Below, in pieces: positions 8,928-21,302 of a DNA stretch of 64,000 nt; position 1 is the first letter of the stretch; every line of letters begins with the position of its first letter. The DNA comes from Mayamaea pseudoterrestris (Eukaryota), in the NCBI GenBank assembly GCA_027923505.1, contig BROI01000004.1:1116001-1180000 (forward strand), given 5' to 3'. Position numbers and translations under genes: made by a program. The notes under the pieces are model-generated. The model was not told where the DNA came from, searched no databases, and saw only the letters and a list, made by a program, of their open reading frames with translations.

Positions 8928-11900
8928 TCAGAGCTCGGCAAAGTCGCTTTCAAACGTCGACGATGCAGCCAATCCCACCTCTTGGTTGCTAGCCGACGTG
9001 TTGATAGCGCCGTCAGAGCGATCAATGGGCATTTGATCCATAAACGACGAAATAATATAGAGCGTATTGGGCACCTTGAGCTCGCCGACAAAGCCAGTCG
9101 TCAACTGACGGCGAATAGATCGGACAAAAGCTTTGGATGTCTTGGACCAAATGGATAGCGCCATTGCACAAGACTCTGTTGGGTATGACTTCATACCATG
9201 CTTTCTTCGGTACCGACGAAGAGCAGATGCCAAGGGACCGGCGCTGCGATGTTGCGCCTTGACAAGTTGGTCGCCTCGAAAGATGCCAAAGGCTGCCAAA
9301 AAGTCGCACTGCCACGGGCGCAGAATCTGAAATAAAATAAAAAACGACATATGGTAAGGACAGTCACATGCTGCGTATCACCAAGTCATCATGATTTACG
9401 TACGTTTTCAAGCGCCGTTGGCTCTTCTGCATTCACAAGTTTGTTAGAGTTCTTGCCACAGGTGCACGCCATTCCCATGAGCGGAAGCATCAAGTTGACC
9501 ATTTCGTCGTTGCTCGAAAAGACCGACGACGAGCAGTTGCAGGGAGCGTCTTGCTCAGTAGGTGGAGAAAAGGACTGCTTGTACGTCTTGTGTATAACAA
9601 CGTCGCGATTCCATGGGCGACTTCCGTCGTGCTCTTTTTTCGGCGTCAATTGCGACTCGTCCTCGTCCATCTTCAGCAGAGCCTTCCACGGAGAGTCGCT
9701 CGAGATAAGTCGCGACGAAACGCTTGCCGTAGTGACACTAGATCGCACACTACGAGTGGCAAGCGAATCATTCTCGAAAAGACTTTCATTAAGATTTGCC
9801 TTGGGTTTTTCGTTCACATGTCGACGAACTGTGGGAAACAGTCCGATCTGAACGTGCGGAACGTCTTCTATAATCGGCGGCATGACATGGCTACTATGAT
9901 GACGTTGGAGCGAAGAGCGACTGTCATGAGACATTGCGGAAGTGCTCGACTGGCTGACTTTTGTTCCGACGGACAGCACAGAGGCGACAGACGAATACTC
10001 GTTTGGCGAGTTTTTGCGAGAGATCGTAGCAATCTTTCGATGATTGCTATGCCGAGCGTCATTTTCTAATTTCTCCTTTTGCGAAACCGCATGGCCCAAC
10101 GCACTTCCATCTTCAATGAGTTGCTCGACATTGGTTTTGAAGTTTCGGGTGTTTCGTGGAGGCGATTTAGACGCAGATTGTCGGGTTTGATAGTTACGTT
10201 CCTCCTGTTTTGACAGCTGATCTACAAGTCTGGACGCTTGTGATACTGGCTTGTACAATGATCCGCCTGACACCATAGAGTCTATAGACTGACGACTTGC
10301 AGCCATCGATCCCGTAGACAACTGACGTGGAGGCTTTGTCGTTTCGATGACCGACGAGGAAGCAATGTCAACTGGCAAGGGATCCTTTTTGGCTGTCATT
10401 CCATCATGCTCATCTACAGGAGACTTTGCAACGTTATCACTTGTTTCAACAGGAACACTTCGGACGCTTTCATGAACATGGCTAGCAACAATGATTTGGT
10501 TGCGGACGCCCATGTGCGGCTTGGGTTCCTGCAGTGCAGGTTCGTCCAACTGCTGCTGCTTTGAGCTCAGATAGGTTGGAAGCGTACTATTGTCCGTCTT
10601 TTCACGCCAGCGATTCAAAATAATGTCAAATCCCGGCTTTTTCGCCGATGCCGGCACCGCTGGCAAGCTCAAACGATTCTTTTTAGCGGAGCGGATGGGC
10701 AATTCATTGACGCCCGATAGATCCATGTCAAAAGATGCAACTTTCTTTGGCGTAGCTGCAATCAGACTAGTAGGCTGCACAATGTCCCTTGGCGGTCCGT
10801 GCGGCTCCCCAGCCATGAGTCCCTTACGCTTCCAAACGTCATACGCCCAGTCAAACGGATCCTCTTGGACTGTAGGCTGATGAGACTTGAGACTGCTGCT
10901 TAACAATTCCGATTCCTCGACAATAGCTTTAGCTTCTCCCTTGTCAGCCATCATGTTCAGCTTCTGCTCGTCCGCGTCAAGCAAGGCTGAAAAATAGTCA
11001 TCACCGCTGTCTTCCGTGGCGACGGAATCATTCAGCATTAGTTGCTTAGCGGGCTCTTCATTGACAGTCTCTTTCACTTCCAAGTTTGCCTTTAAAAGTT
11101 GCGGCAAATGCACCGACGACGCTTGCTCCTGCTCATTGTTCCAACTCTCCAAACGTCGAACCTCCAATGTGGCGTTGTTGCCTGTCGCGTTTGTCGCATC
11201 CGTCGAAACCGTCAGCTCGGTGTGAGCCTGCCGAATTTCACCAAACTGGTCACTCTCCTTGGCCGGATGCTTCTTTCCAACACTTGCGTCAACGCTGAAT
11301 CGCTCAAACGCTTGCTTGGCCGCCATAAACGAGGGCGACGTTGATGATCGAACGGATGACGTAGACGTCGTGGAGCAGCTGCTGGGACTTGGCACGGTTT
11401 GCTCGTTGTTTTCAGACGACCCATCACTCGAGAGCGACTCGAACGTCCCACTCGTCTGAATGACGAGATGTTCATTATCATCAAGACTAGTAGGAGGAGA
11501 TGCTTCCGTTTCTTCTGTTTGCGAGTGGCTCCGCGTCGAGTTGGGTGGCTGCTGATCGACTTGAATCTCCATTGGCAAGTCGTTGCTGTCATTCGTCTGC
11601 ACTTGCATCTTTTGCGTCACGGGAAGAGTAAAGGCGCTCGTATTTTGGTTCAAAACCATGTCATCCGCCAAAGAATCAAGTATGTGATCTCCGGCAAGCG
11701 TCGTTTGGTTCGACGTGACGCTCAAGGTTGGTGATGGCTGTGCATCGGTCAATCGCTGCAGCAATGAGCGCGACGAACTTGCTGCTGCAGCCGCCTTCTT
11801 GGTGCTGCCGTCGTCATTGTCATCGCTAACATTGTGATTCCAGAAGCATCCAAAGGGAACGTCTCGCGGCGGAGCAACTAGCGTATGAATGTCTCTGCTG

Positions 11901-12043
11901 CTATTGTTGATTGCTGTTGACGTCGAACTGATTGCATTCTTGGCGTCATTTTGCTCAGCATCTGCATCATTTTTACGAAAGAACAGTGGCATTTGAAAGG
12001 TCGACGACTTGACAAACACGCTCGATTCCTTGCGTTCCGTCAT
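8928..12043 (-). CDS. Large, mostly disordered Ser/Thr-rich hypothetical protein with a folded C-terminal domain; intron 9327-9403
   Basis: GTACGT..TTTCAG joins ..EPTALEN to ILRPWQCDFLAAFGI..WSKTSKAFVRSIRRQ in frame. Cys motifs PCNC and ACTCG precede the junction. Confidence 0.75.
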
Positions 12044-13665
12044 GTTGAATGAGTGTTTGCGCTACGAATCGTTCACTCCAAAGTTGCATCACACTTACAC
12101 AAAACTGGAACACCATGGCGGATGCAGCAGCAGCGTGACCACGATGGCGGTTGGCGAGGCTTGCTTGAAAGATACCATTTGGCGTGACAGTCCCATGACC
12201 TAGCGGTACACAAGCACGTCAGGTTAGCTACTTGTTAATTACCTACTCCAGTACCCACGTATGCAAAAACTCCGTGCACAGGGCAAACTGGCAAGTCATG
12301 TAATAAGTATCATTAGCTGCTGTCAGTCGCATCATGGTCATGCTCTTGGCCAGCTACAATTTTTGCCAGAGAGATAAAGTGACATTATTCTGCTACCGGT
12401 TTAACTTGTCGATGGAAAACATGAGTGAATGATGCCCAGGGTTCATTTTACATTAGTAGCGCATAATCTGACGAAACGGTGCAATTCTAACACACTGGTG
12501 CGAATTGTCGGTGCCCGATGTTGAACTATAGAAACACATGGAAAGATTCTTGCAGCGATATTCAGATATATCGTATACCGTGACTGTAGCCGAACAAGAG
12601 ATTATAATCGGCGTACTTCTTTCAATCAAAAAGCCTCAGCTGTCCGCGTATTGCTGTATAATTTCAAAGTAATGAACTACCTTTCAAGCTGCAAAAGAAG
12701 CGGAGAGGGAGTGGGATGAGACGCCGAGACTTCGTTCCAAAGCTTTGAATGCACCAAAGGCGAATGCATGTAGTTGATCAGCGCGTGAGCTCGGATTGCA
12801 GTTAAAAAGTAATATTGTGACCCTCATGGAATGTTCAGGTCAAGTTATGAGGCAGTATACACCCGTTTCTTCATAGCTCGTCGAATGAATTTTACACTGT
12901 CCCTATTCAAAAACGCACCATGGGCAATAACCTTTCGAACTCCGAGATTCAAGAAATAAAGCATTCTGCTCAGTTACGTATGAAGAGTTGCCAAGCCACC
13001 CAATGTATGCTGCAAATGCTTACGCAAATGCCACAGGGAAGGACGAATGACATCACAGGCTTGCTCGTCACCATGAGGATCGTAAACAAGATACCGAGGA
13101 AAACAATTCGCGCTTTGAATGATGCCGAGTTGTCTCTCTCGTAGGTGTAGACGGTAGTGGTCATATGAGCAAGCTGGCAGTCATTTCAGCGGTCGCACAG
13201 CTTGTTTATTTATGCAGACTTTTGCGCAACAACGCTCATGGCCATGGTCAAAATTTGAAAATTTGTGTGGTGGAAGAAAACCGATCTGTCGCACTCATCG
13301 CAGCGGTACTCATGAATTTAGCTACAGTTCGACTACGTGCAGGTCGTGTTGAAAGCCACGTTTTGTCTACATACAGAACTTGTATCCGTAACCTGTCAAC
13401 AAGAACATCCCGATGCTCATCCAGGTCATGGAATAGCAGCTGTGGGCAGTCATGATCGGCCTGTCTGGCTGCAAAATCTGGCAGTAAAGAAGAAAATGCC
13501 CATTCACGCACATGGTAGATAGAGGATAGAGAAGCATTTTAAAATTCTTAAGATTTAAGCATCATGCTATCGCAGCTCACAGCAATATAACTATGCCATG
13601 CGTCCATGCAGTTCCATTCACTCAGTGACAGTCATTTATGTGATCTAAAACCAGTCGCATCATTG

Positions 13666-15852
13666 TCAATCATTCCCAGCGGATGCATAACTTTCTGAGA
13701 ATCGCGTACTAGATCCAGTTTGCTCAATCGAGCTAGCCGTCACCGACAAACCTTCGCGATGTTCAATGCCTTCATCAAATACCAGAGAATCTTCCAATCG
13801 CAGAGATTGATTCGAAACACTTTCCAATCCCTCCGCAAGGTCTTGACTCGCTTCAATCGTCGTCACAAAGGCAAACGCAACATCTTTTTCCATTACCTCA
13901 ACGCCTTGTGTGGCAAAAAAGGTGTCGACACGATCAAGGTCTCGCTCCAACAGCCAATTGGCTTCAGGATGGTTGCGATCGACGGCTTGTCCAAAGTCAA
14001 TCAATACAGCCTGCAAGTCTTGAAGAGGATCTTCAATGCTTTCATCCATGTTTTCTACTAAATATGCTGGGACAACCATGATGTTGTACTCGCTCAAGTC
14101 TGCATGAATCAGCTTTGCATTCACGTATAACTTTCGCACAGCATCCATGACTTGAATGTACAAAATGCCCCATCGCTTGCTTCCACGTCTAAGATCCAGC
14201 TCTCGAAGCTGCGGAGCTGGCCAACCATCGGTCCCAAAGAAACGCATAAACAAAACGTTTTCATTCTGCGCCAATGGCGTCGCGACTGGAACTCCAGCCC
14301 GATTTGCACGCACAAGGTTTCGATGCTCCTTCTCCGCCCACATGTGAAGCTGCTCGCGCGACCCCAGCTTTCGAAAATTCTCCTTCGCGGAACGCGAGTC
14401 TCCATGAACATAGTCAGCTCTGCCCTTGAACTCGGTGATGCGTTTGAATATTTTGACAGCAACATCAAATTCTTGTCCTTCGCCCTTGCTTGCATGACAA
14501 ACAACCGCTTCCTTTCCCTCCTTGACAATGCCGTGGCACCGATCAATCATGCCACTGTTGATTGCCTTGCTTATCAACGCGCGCACCTGTGGATCAACCA
14601 CTCCGTTTCGAGTGGCATCGGATCCGGCGCGTCCAGTTCCATGCGAAGCAACACCCTTTTTGGTTCTCTTGACGGACGCTCGAAACGAGTTAAAGGCCTT
14701 GTTGCCAATTTTATTGTCGTCGTCCAAGCCAAGTCTATGTGCGTTCGCCATGGCATCGAGTGCTGCATCATGCTTGGTCAATAGTTCATTGTCAGGTCCA
14801 ACCACCAAGTCACCTCGTCGATTCCATTCCTGCTCCGAAACAGTATTCATACGAAATCCAGCAGCGTTTCGAAAATCTTCCTCCACTTCCATTGGATGCC
14901 TTGGCGTTGGCCCACTGGAGCAAAAGGCGCCGACGCGTCCTTCGGCGTTCAGTTGGTCGCGCGTCAAGACGCGCACGTTGCCTTGCGATTTCTGCTGCGG
15001 CCGCGCCTCCATCGACAACTCTCGCTCCAACTGCAACGCCAGCAGCAGCGACTGCTGCTCCAATTGTTGCTGCTTCTCTTCGTCTTGCTTCGCTTCCTGC
15101 AGTGCGGCTTGAATGGCAGCAACATCCTCGGGCGACAAGCCACTGGGCAAGTCGCTTGCCGCTGCCTCTGCTCTCAGCTGGGACGATTCTGAATCGTTCA
15201 ACGCCTTTTCAATCTCCTCCAACTCAGCCGCTGATAGATTGGTTGCTGCTGCTTCTCTCGGGTCATATACAGAGTCAACAGCAGCTTGCATTTCCGACAG
15301 GGAGTTATTGTTCGGAACAAAAACTTGGTCGGCTCCATTGCAAGAAAAGCCATCACTGTAGAAAGCGCTCGTCGGCTGACCCACCGCCAAATGCGGATGA
15401 CCGAAGTCTCCATGCACCGTTTCGCAAGCAGCGGTTGCTACCGCAACGTCCGCCATGGAACGCTCCATGGCGATGCGCACCAGCATTTCCTCCTCCTCAT
15501 CGACGGATAACGGAACAGTAACAGCATTAGTAGCTTCATTGCTCAAACGTGCCTCTCGTTCCTGCTCCATCATGATTTCCGTCAACGAGCGCGGTGGTGG
15601 TGCAACTGCAGGCAACGAAGATTCGTTCGACGACACCTGCTTACTCCACACTGCCATGCCGTTCGGTTCCGGTTTCGTCGTTTCCGGCGGAAGCGCCTGA
15701 TCCGTCGCCGCCTCCATGCTGCTCATGGATTCGCCCAAGGCTGCCAAAATTTCCTCCGGCGAGGGACGCGTCGTGAGACTGTTGCTGCTAGAGTGGTGCG
15801 AAGGCTCCATTGAATCACTGTTACTGGCGTCGAAATCCTTGGGACTGCTCAT
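13666..15852 (-). CDS. RIO-family atypical Ser/Thr kinase, RIOK3-like, with N-terminal UIM-like helices
   Basis: Kinase motifs GIVKEGKEAVV, VAVKIFK, WAEKEHRNL, LIHADLSEYN and IDFGQAV. N-terminal SLTEIM and TKHDA, plus EEEMLVRIAMERSM-type helices. Confidence 0.88.
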   Translation of the reverse strand: MSSPKDFDASNSDSMEPSHHSSSNSLTTRPSPEEILAALGESMSSMEAATDQALPPETTKPEPNGMAVWSKQVSSNESSLPAVAPPPRSLTEIMMEQEREARLSNEATNAVTVPLSVDEEEEMLVRIAMERSMADVAVATAACETVHGDFGHPHLAVGQPTSAFYSDGFSCNGADQVFVPNNNSLSEMQAAVDSVYDPREAAATNLSAAELEEIEKALNDSESSQLRAEAAASDLPSGLSPEDVAAIQAALQEAKQDEEKQQQLEQQSLLLALQLERELSMEARPQQKSQGNVRVLTRDQLNAEGRVGAFCSSGPTPRHPMEVEEDFRNAAGFRMNTVSEQEWNRRGDLVVGPDNELLTKHDAALDAMANAHRLGLDDDNKIGNKAFNSFRASVKRTKKGVASHGTGRAGSDATRNGVVDPQVRALISKAINSGMIDRCHGIVKEGKEAVVCHASKGEGQEFDVAVKIFKRITEFKGRADYVHGDSRSAKENFRKLGSREQLHMWAEKEHRNLVRANRAGVPVATPLAQNENVLFMRFFGTDGWPAPQLRELDLRRGSKRWGILYIQVMDAVRKLYVNAKLIHADLSEYNIMVVPAYLVENMDESIEDPLQDLQAVLIDFGQAVDRNHPEANWLLERDLDRVDTFFATQGVEVMEKDVAFAFVTTIEASQDLAEGLESVSNQSLRLEDSLVFDEGIEHREGLSVTASSIEQTGSSTRFSESYASAGND

Positions 15853-16492
15853 GTTTGCTTTATAAAGAGCTGACTGCTGGCTTGCCAAGTGGAAAAAGTG
15901 CAAGACTGCACGACTCTCGTCGTGGAGAAGTTCCTGGAGACGTTGGTCGTGTGGATTCCTCCGCGCAAGCGCGCCGGAAACAGCGGTTATTTACTGTTGA
16001 CTTAACTGTACTTGAGACATTCGTGAACTTTGAGTATACGCTAGAATGTAGTACTCCCAAATACGTTTGACGCTATGGGAAAGCATTGTTGCAAGAGTTT
16101 TGGCGCAGGTCATGTCGCTACTAAGAGGTCTAGATCCAATCCTATAACTACTGGTGACAATGTTGACTTCTGTAACATTTTCAAGGCAACGTTGACTGCA
16201 TAGACCCATTCTACCTTACTGTGATTGTCGTTCCCACCCTTCCAAGCCTTTGTGCAGACTGACAGCTCAATGACAACTGCTCAGCACATAAGTTCCTAGA
16301 GCAGGAGTAGTACTTACAGTTGACAATAAAGATTGTGAGTGGTAGCTGATGTTGTCAGCCAAGTCAGTATCCAAATCCCTAATGCATCAAAAAGTGGAGG
16401 CACCCATGGTAAGCTCATAACCTCTGGCAGAACCCTTCCCGACGAACGCAACCTTCGTCGCCACACACCTCACGAGTTGACAAGGATCAACG

Positions 16493-18098
16493 ATGGACCA
16501 CATTGTAGAACAGCACCCCCTTCACCCAAAAATGCCAGCACAACCTCTAGAGCTGAACATCATTGAGCCACCAGCTTTCACCACCCTTGGCAAGAAAAAT
16601 CAAGGTCTGAAGAATCATTTCCCATTACCCAAAACCAATTTACCCCAACAAACACCAACCACCCTGGTCATTACAACTACAAAACCCTCTCCTCTACCTG
16701 TAAACAATAATGTCAATCCAGTTGCCTTGCCTTTGTTGGCCAAAAACGTACCAAACAAAAAGCGACCAGCATGGAACACATTTGCGCGAAGCTACCGCAT
16801 AGCGCCACCCACTGATGAATACATGCACAATGGTGAGATTTATAGCATCTATTAAACGTTTCACACCATTTCTAGCAACTAATCACTTGCCACCTTTTCC
16901 TGCTTCAGTTAATCCTTCTTATGCACAGCAACAAAAGCAGCCCCCTGCAGTATTCCAAGCGCAAGTCACAGCCAAAGTCACAAAGTCTACACAACCCAGA
17001 AAACAATTGTTACAAAAGCAACATAAACAACATGGCAAAATTAAGACTACAAAGCAATGTAAGCCTGCGATACTGGAATCCAGCAGCACTTCACGCAAGC
17101 AGCCATCGACATCCTTATGCCAACAAGTAAGGCTTGACCCTAACCATTCACTGCGGATAAATTCTACGTCAATTAATCAACAGCCACTCAACAATGCAAT
17201 ACTTGATTTGGAGTTCAACACAAAATTCTACCTGATCAACGAAACAAGCAGAAGGTTGGCACGCAGGCGCACCTCTGGTTACATTGTGATTCATGCTGAA
17301 CAGCTGGTGCCGGTGCCATGTAGCCATTTGCAAACTTCAAATTGGCAAATGGCATCCACCTACAGATCCCATGCCAAGCGTTCTAGAAGCACAATGGAAA
17401 AGTGCATCAGCACAAGAGGAGAGCTTAGCACAACATCAACCACAAGAATTGGCCATACATTCCAGTGTGCCATCCCACCGCGTCAGGTTTGGGGCCATGT
17501 AGATGTTATCCCAACAGCTGGAGGCACTTGCGTTTGGGATCCAGCCAAGGCAGAGCAAGCAAAGAGCAATGGTCAGCCAATTGATGAGTTCATGGGCATG
17601 GACGGGTCACTAGAGTTGCAGATGTTAAAGATGGAGGCACTTCATGCCACTGGCTATAGTGTTCAGGAAGCCAAAAGATATTTGCTGTTGCATGCGCATG
17701 TAATTGATGCTGCAAGGATTTCTTTGACCAATGAAGAAGGTGCCTTGTTCCAACAACTAGTCTTCCGGGATCTAGCAAGGGGAATTGTGAAAGACTTTCA
17801 CAGGATTGCTCAAATCATGGACTGCTCCTTGAACTCTTTGCTCATCCACTACTACTCCTGGAAGGTGGCTAATCCACATGCTTACCATGTTTTAAAAACT
17901 AAAAGTGGGGGACCAGATGAGTGTGCAATATGCGGAGATGGTGGTGAACTGCTGCTCTGTGATAATTGTAACAAAGCCTTTCATTGGAAGACTTGCCTGC
18001 CCATGCCAATAGATACATTACCAACAGATGATGATACATGGTACTGTTGTTTGTGTATTCAGGGATCACCTGCAAAGCTGCGGAGGCTACAAAACTAG
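16493..18098 (+). CDS. ELM2-SANT-PHD chromatin protein; intron 16833-16908
   Basis: TRIGHTFQCAIP..VWDP (ELM2), LTNEEGALF..KDFHRIA..HYYSWK (SANT-like) and CAICGDGGELLLCDNCNKAFH..C..WYCCLC (PHD). The GTGAGA..TTCAG intron joins ORF 16493 to ORF 16815 in frame. Confidence 0.75.
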
Positions 18099-18239
18099 TG
18101 CAAGTTGGGCAAATTTTGAGGTTAGAAGCTGAGAGCTCTTAGAAATCCTTTTTCTTTGCCATTTGTAACTTGGAAAACAAATCCTGCACATTTTGTTTGT
18201 CGCTGTCTGAGCAGTTTGCACATAATAAAAAGGTTCTCA

Positions 18240-20262
18240 GTCTTCAAGTTATAACTCTGTTGTCATCATAAAGTTCAGCAATTTGAAGTTGTTATTATTG
18301 TTGCCACACCGTCATGCAATCATGTGGTTGTGGTGAGCTGTGAGTGTCGCTGTGCCACCCAATTGGACATTTGGTGTGACTTGCCCATTTCTTGCCGTAT
18401 GCATCCTGCAATTCCCCTCAAGTCATACCTAATAATTTGATTCCTTGAAGAGAAGGTTCTTTAAGTGCTTGCTTGCCATAGCCCGCGGAAGAAGCTTGGT
18501 AAGTACATCCGCTAGATTTGTCGTCCCCATGATGTGGTTGAAATTAATAATTACCGCTGCAATCGCTTCACGTACACGGCGAAATGCCAATGCATTGTGT
18601 TGCTTTGTCAGACTAGAGTGCCGTAGGTTACTGTATTGTGTTACCGACTTGTTGTCTCCAAACATCCATGCTGGTCCGTCGAGCGGAACTCCCAACATGC
18701 ATAGTGTGAAGCAAAAATCCATGATCTGCTCAGTGCTTACTTTCGCTGATACAAACTCTGAGCCATATGTTGCCGTTTCAACCATCGCTTGACGTTTTGA
18801 AAACCAATCAATGACTGTTCCATCCAGCGTAATTGTGGTACAGGATTGCATCTTCCAACATTGACATTCCCACCGCCTTGCCTCAGGGTGGGGCATGTTC
18901 CACGGAAGCTCTTCACAGATCTTGCCGTACACACTGTAATCCCAATCCATGTCATCTCCTTTTGTGTATCGTTTGTCCGTTGGAATCAAAACGTTGAATC
19001 AAATTGCTCCATCTGGATAACGTCGTAAGTTTCCGCAAATATGCTTCAACCTTTCCAAGTGTCCTGATCGTGGCGCAGCGCGGAATCTCCCCATAGTCAT
19101 GACAGCACAGTGAATGTCAAAGCGACATTAACTTACTGCCCATTGCAACGCACCAATTATTGATTGATACTTCGCAATTCCGTCGCCGTCAAGTTCTTTC
19201 GTTTTGTCAAATTCCGGATGATCGCCGTTGCGTAATGGACTTGTCTGCAGTTGCAGTTCCTCACTGAACATTTCTTTGTAGTTCGCTAGTAGCCTTGTGA
19301 TGTACTTCTTGTTCGGCAGCAGAGTACGCCGTCGTCGTCTCGCCAAACGTTTGCGCCCAAACGGTATGCCAATGGACCGATGCCCTTCAACTTGTAGTTG
19401 TATCTCTCAATTAAATGATCCGTTAGTTCCTTTGGATTCTTCATCGCTAGCTAAATCATCAACATACACAAAAACGTATTCGTAGTGCGTGCCTTTATCT
19501 GCAATACACGGCGAGAAGCCAATGTCGCGGAGCGTGTCTGCAAAGTGCTCGTGCCAGCGTGCGCCTGAAGACCGTTTAATGCCTTCACGATTGTGAGCAT
19601 GTGACCCTCGAGCTCCCTGAACTCCGGACCTGTCGCAATATAAACCTTCTCTTCTGTTTTTGCTTCCAAATATGTGTTTCCAATGTCAGCTGCCCACAGT
19701 TCCAGACTGTTGAGTTCCACCAACATTGCTACCATTTGTAAACTTCCTAAGAACACAACGCCCGAGTAAACTGAATCCTTCAGCGGCTCTGTCAAATTAT
19801 GACCTCCTGCGACAAGTCGTGCCTTCCGTCGCTAATTGTGCTTGACATCGAATATCATGTGCATGTTTATTTGTTTCCACGGTGCCGACATCACTTTACT
19901 GACTCCTTGATCTGCGAACGTATCATAATCATTTATTTGATTTAGTTCCATTCGAATCGCATCCGTCCACAACGTGTTTCCGTTGATCTCGTCGAGAGCT
20001 TTCACATCCTTATAATTGCCCAGCAATCTTACGCCGAATTTGTAGTATACACCGTTTGCTATCAATTTTAATTTCACTGATGTCACCATCTGTCAAAGTC
20101 TTTTGCTCTCGAGTGTATGTTCCAGCTGCTTCCATCCTGGCTGCCGAGTAAGCCATGCTCGAGTCCATACTCAGCATTCGTTATTGGATCGTCCTTTTTC
20201 ATGATTGCGAGAGACTCCCACATCATTGTTCTGTCAGTCCATGCAACATGGACATAGACACT
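18240..20262 (-). mobile_element. Decayed, 5'-truncated Ty1/Copia (CoDi-like) copy of the same family as 53419-59833: chromo-like region, RT, RNase H, PPT and 3' LTR remnant
   Basis: Translated fragments nearly identical to the 57.5-59.6 kb pol (LWAADIGNTYL, ETATYGSEFV, LLFKESNY*), with many stops and frameshifts. PPT at 18412-18419; LTR-homologous sequence from 18411 leftwards (left edge approximate). Confidence 0.93.
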
Positions 20263-20539
20263 GACCCCCACAGGTTCTCTCTGCCACAAGCTTATCCTGC
20301 AAGGGGATGCCACGCGTGTTGGCTCGTGCTGGACTGACTGCAAGTCTGCCTGCGACTGCTGTTCAACCAACGCCGACCGCTCCTCCACCAAGTGCAGACG
20401 CACACCTGTCGCAACATGATCATGATCTATTTGTTGCTGGAGACGTTCCTCGACGCGTCGAATTTCCTTCTGCGCCTCGTTGAAATCTTGAGCGATTCGA
20501 CTCGTCGCTTGGCTTGGGCTGCCTCGAGGCGCGCGCTTG

Positions 20540-20885
20540 GTTTGCACCTTGGTAGGGGCAGCGACAGAGTTCTCCGTTTCGCAACGCTGCTGGGTCTTTT
20601 TGTTTGACTGTTTCGGTGAATGAGGCAGCGTCAACTATTACAATGGGCATAAAGGTGTTTGTAGGCATTGCATCGTTAGTTCTTGTTGTTGCTGCTGTTG
20701 CTGATTGCTAATGCGCGTGCTCGCTTTTCGCTTTGCACCTTGGTGGAGGCAACGGCAGCGTCCTCCGTTTCGCGGCGCTACCGTGTCTTTTTGTTGGACT
20801 GCTTCCGTAAATGCGGCAGCAGCATTCAGCACAATGAGAATGGATATGGTGTTTGTGGATGTTGCATCGTTAGATGTTGTTGCTG
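20540..20885. repeat. Diverged tandem duplication (~190-bp unit) abutting the truncated Copia
   Basis: The two units encode AASFTETVKQKDPAALRNGELCRCPYQGA and AAAFTEAVQQKDTVAPRNGGRCRCLHQGA on the minus strand. GCATCGTTAG recurs in both. Confidence 0.7.
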
Positions 20886-21302
20886 CTTACTGCTGACTGC
20901 GCTTGCTAATGGCTGCCGTCGGATCGGTGGACGGTCATCGGTGATCGGGGAAGCGTCGCCGAGAGTCGAGACCACGTGTCATCTCCTGGGAGCAACAATG
21001 AAGACGAAACACGCCATGACATACTCCTTATCGCGCAACGCGTGCTTGCGGTTGTGAAACATATAGGGGAGTCAAGTCGAACGATCAAAAGACTCCCTGA
21101 AGACACAAGTAAGACACACATTCCGGCAGCGAATCGTGCACGACCGACAAAGTCGGATCGTTACTCCGATACCGGTACGACGTCATGAATGATCGCGCAC
21201 GCCCACAACTAACTGCAACTCTCGTCACATCATCCTCCTCCATCAGTCAGCATCCATCAAAGAATAGAACATAGCATTCCCATATTCGCTTGCTACTGTA
21301 TT

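Noticed and set aside
9327..9403. ATGATGA C-box-like motif in this intron
   Set aside because: The intron is only 77 nt and has no properly placed CTGA D box.
12200..13600. Short ORFs in the 1.4-kb gap, some hydrophobic (possible decayed membrane-protein gene)
   Set aside because: No motif I can assign, no consistent splice model, and multiple stops.
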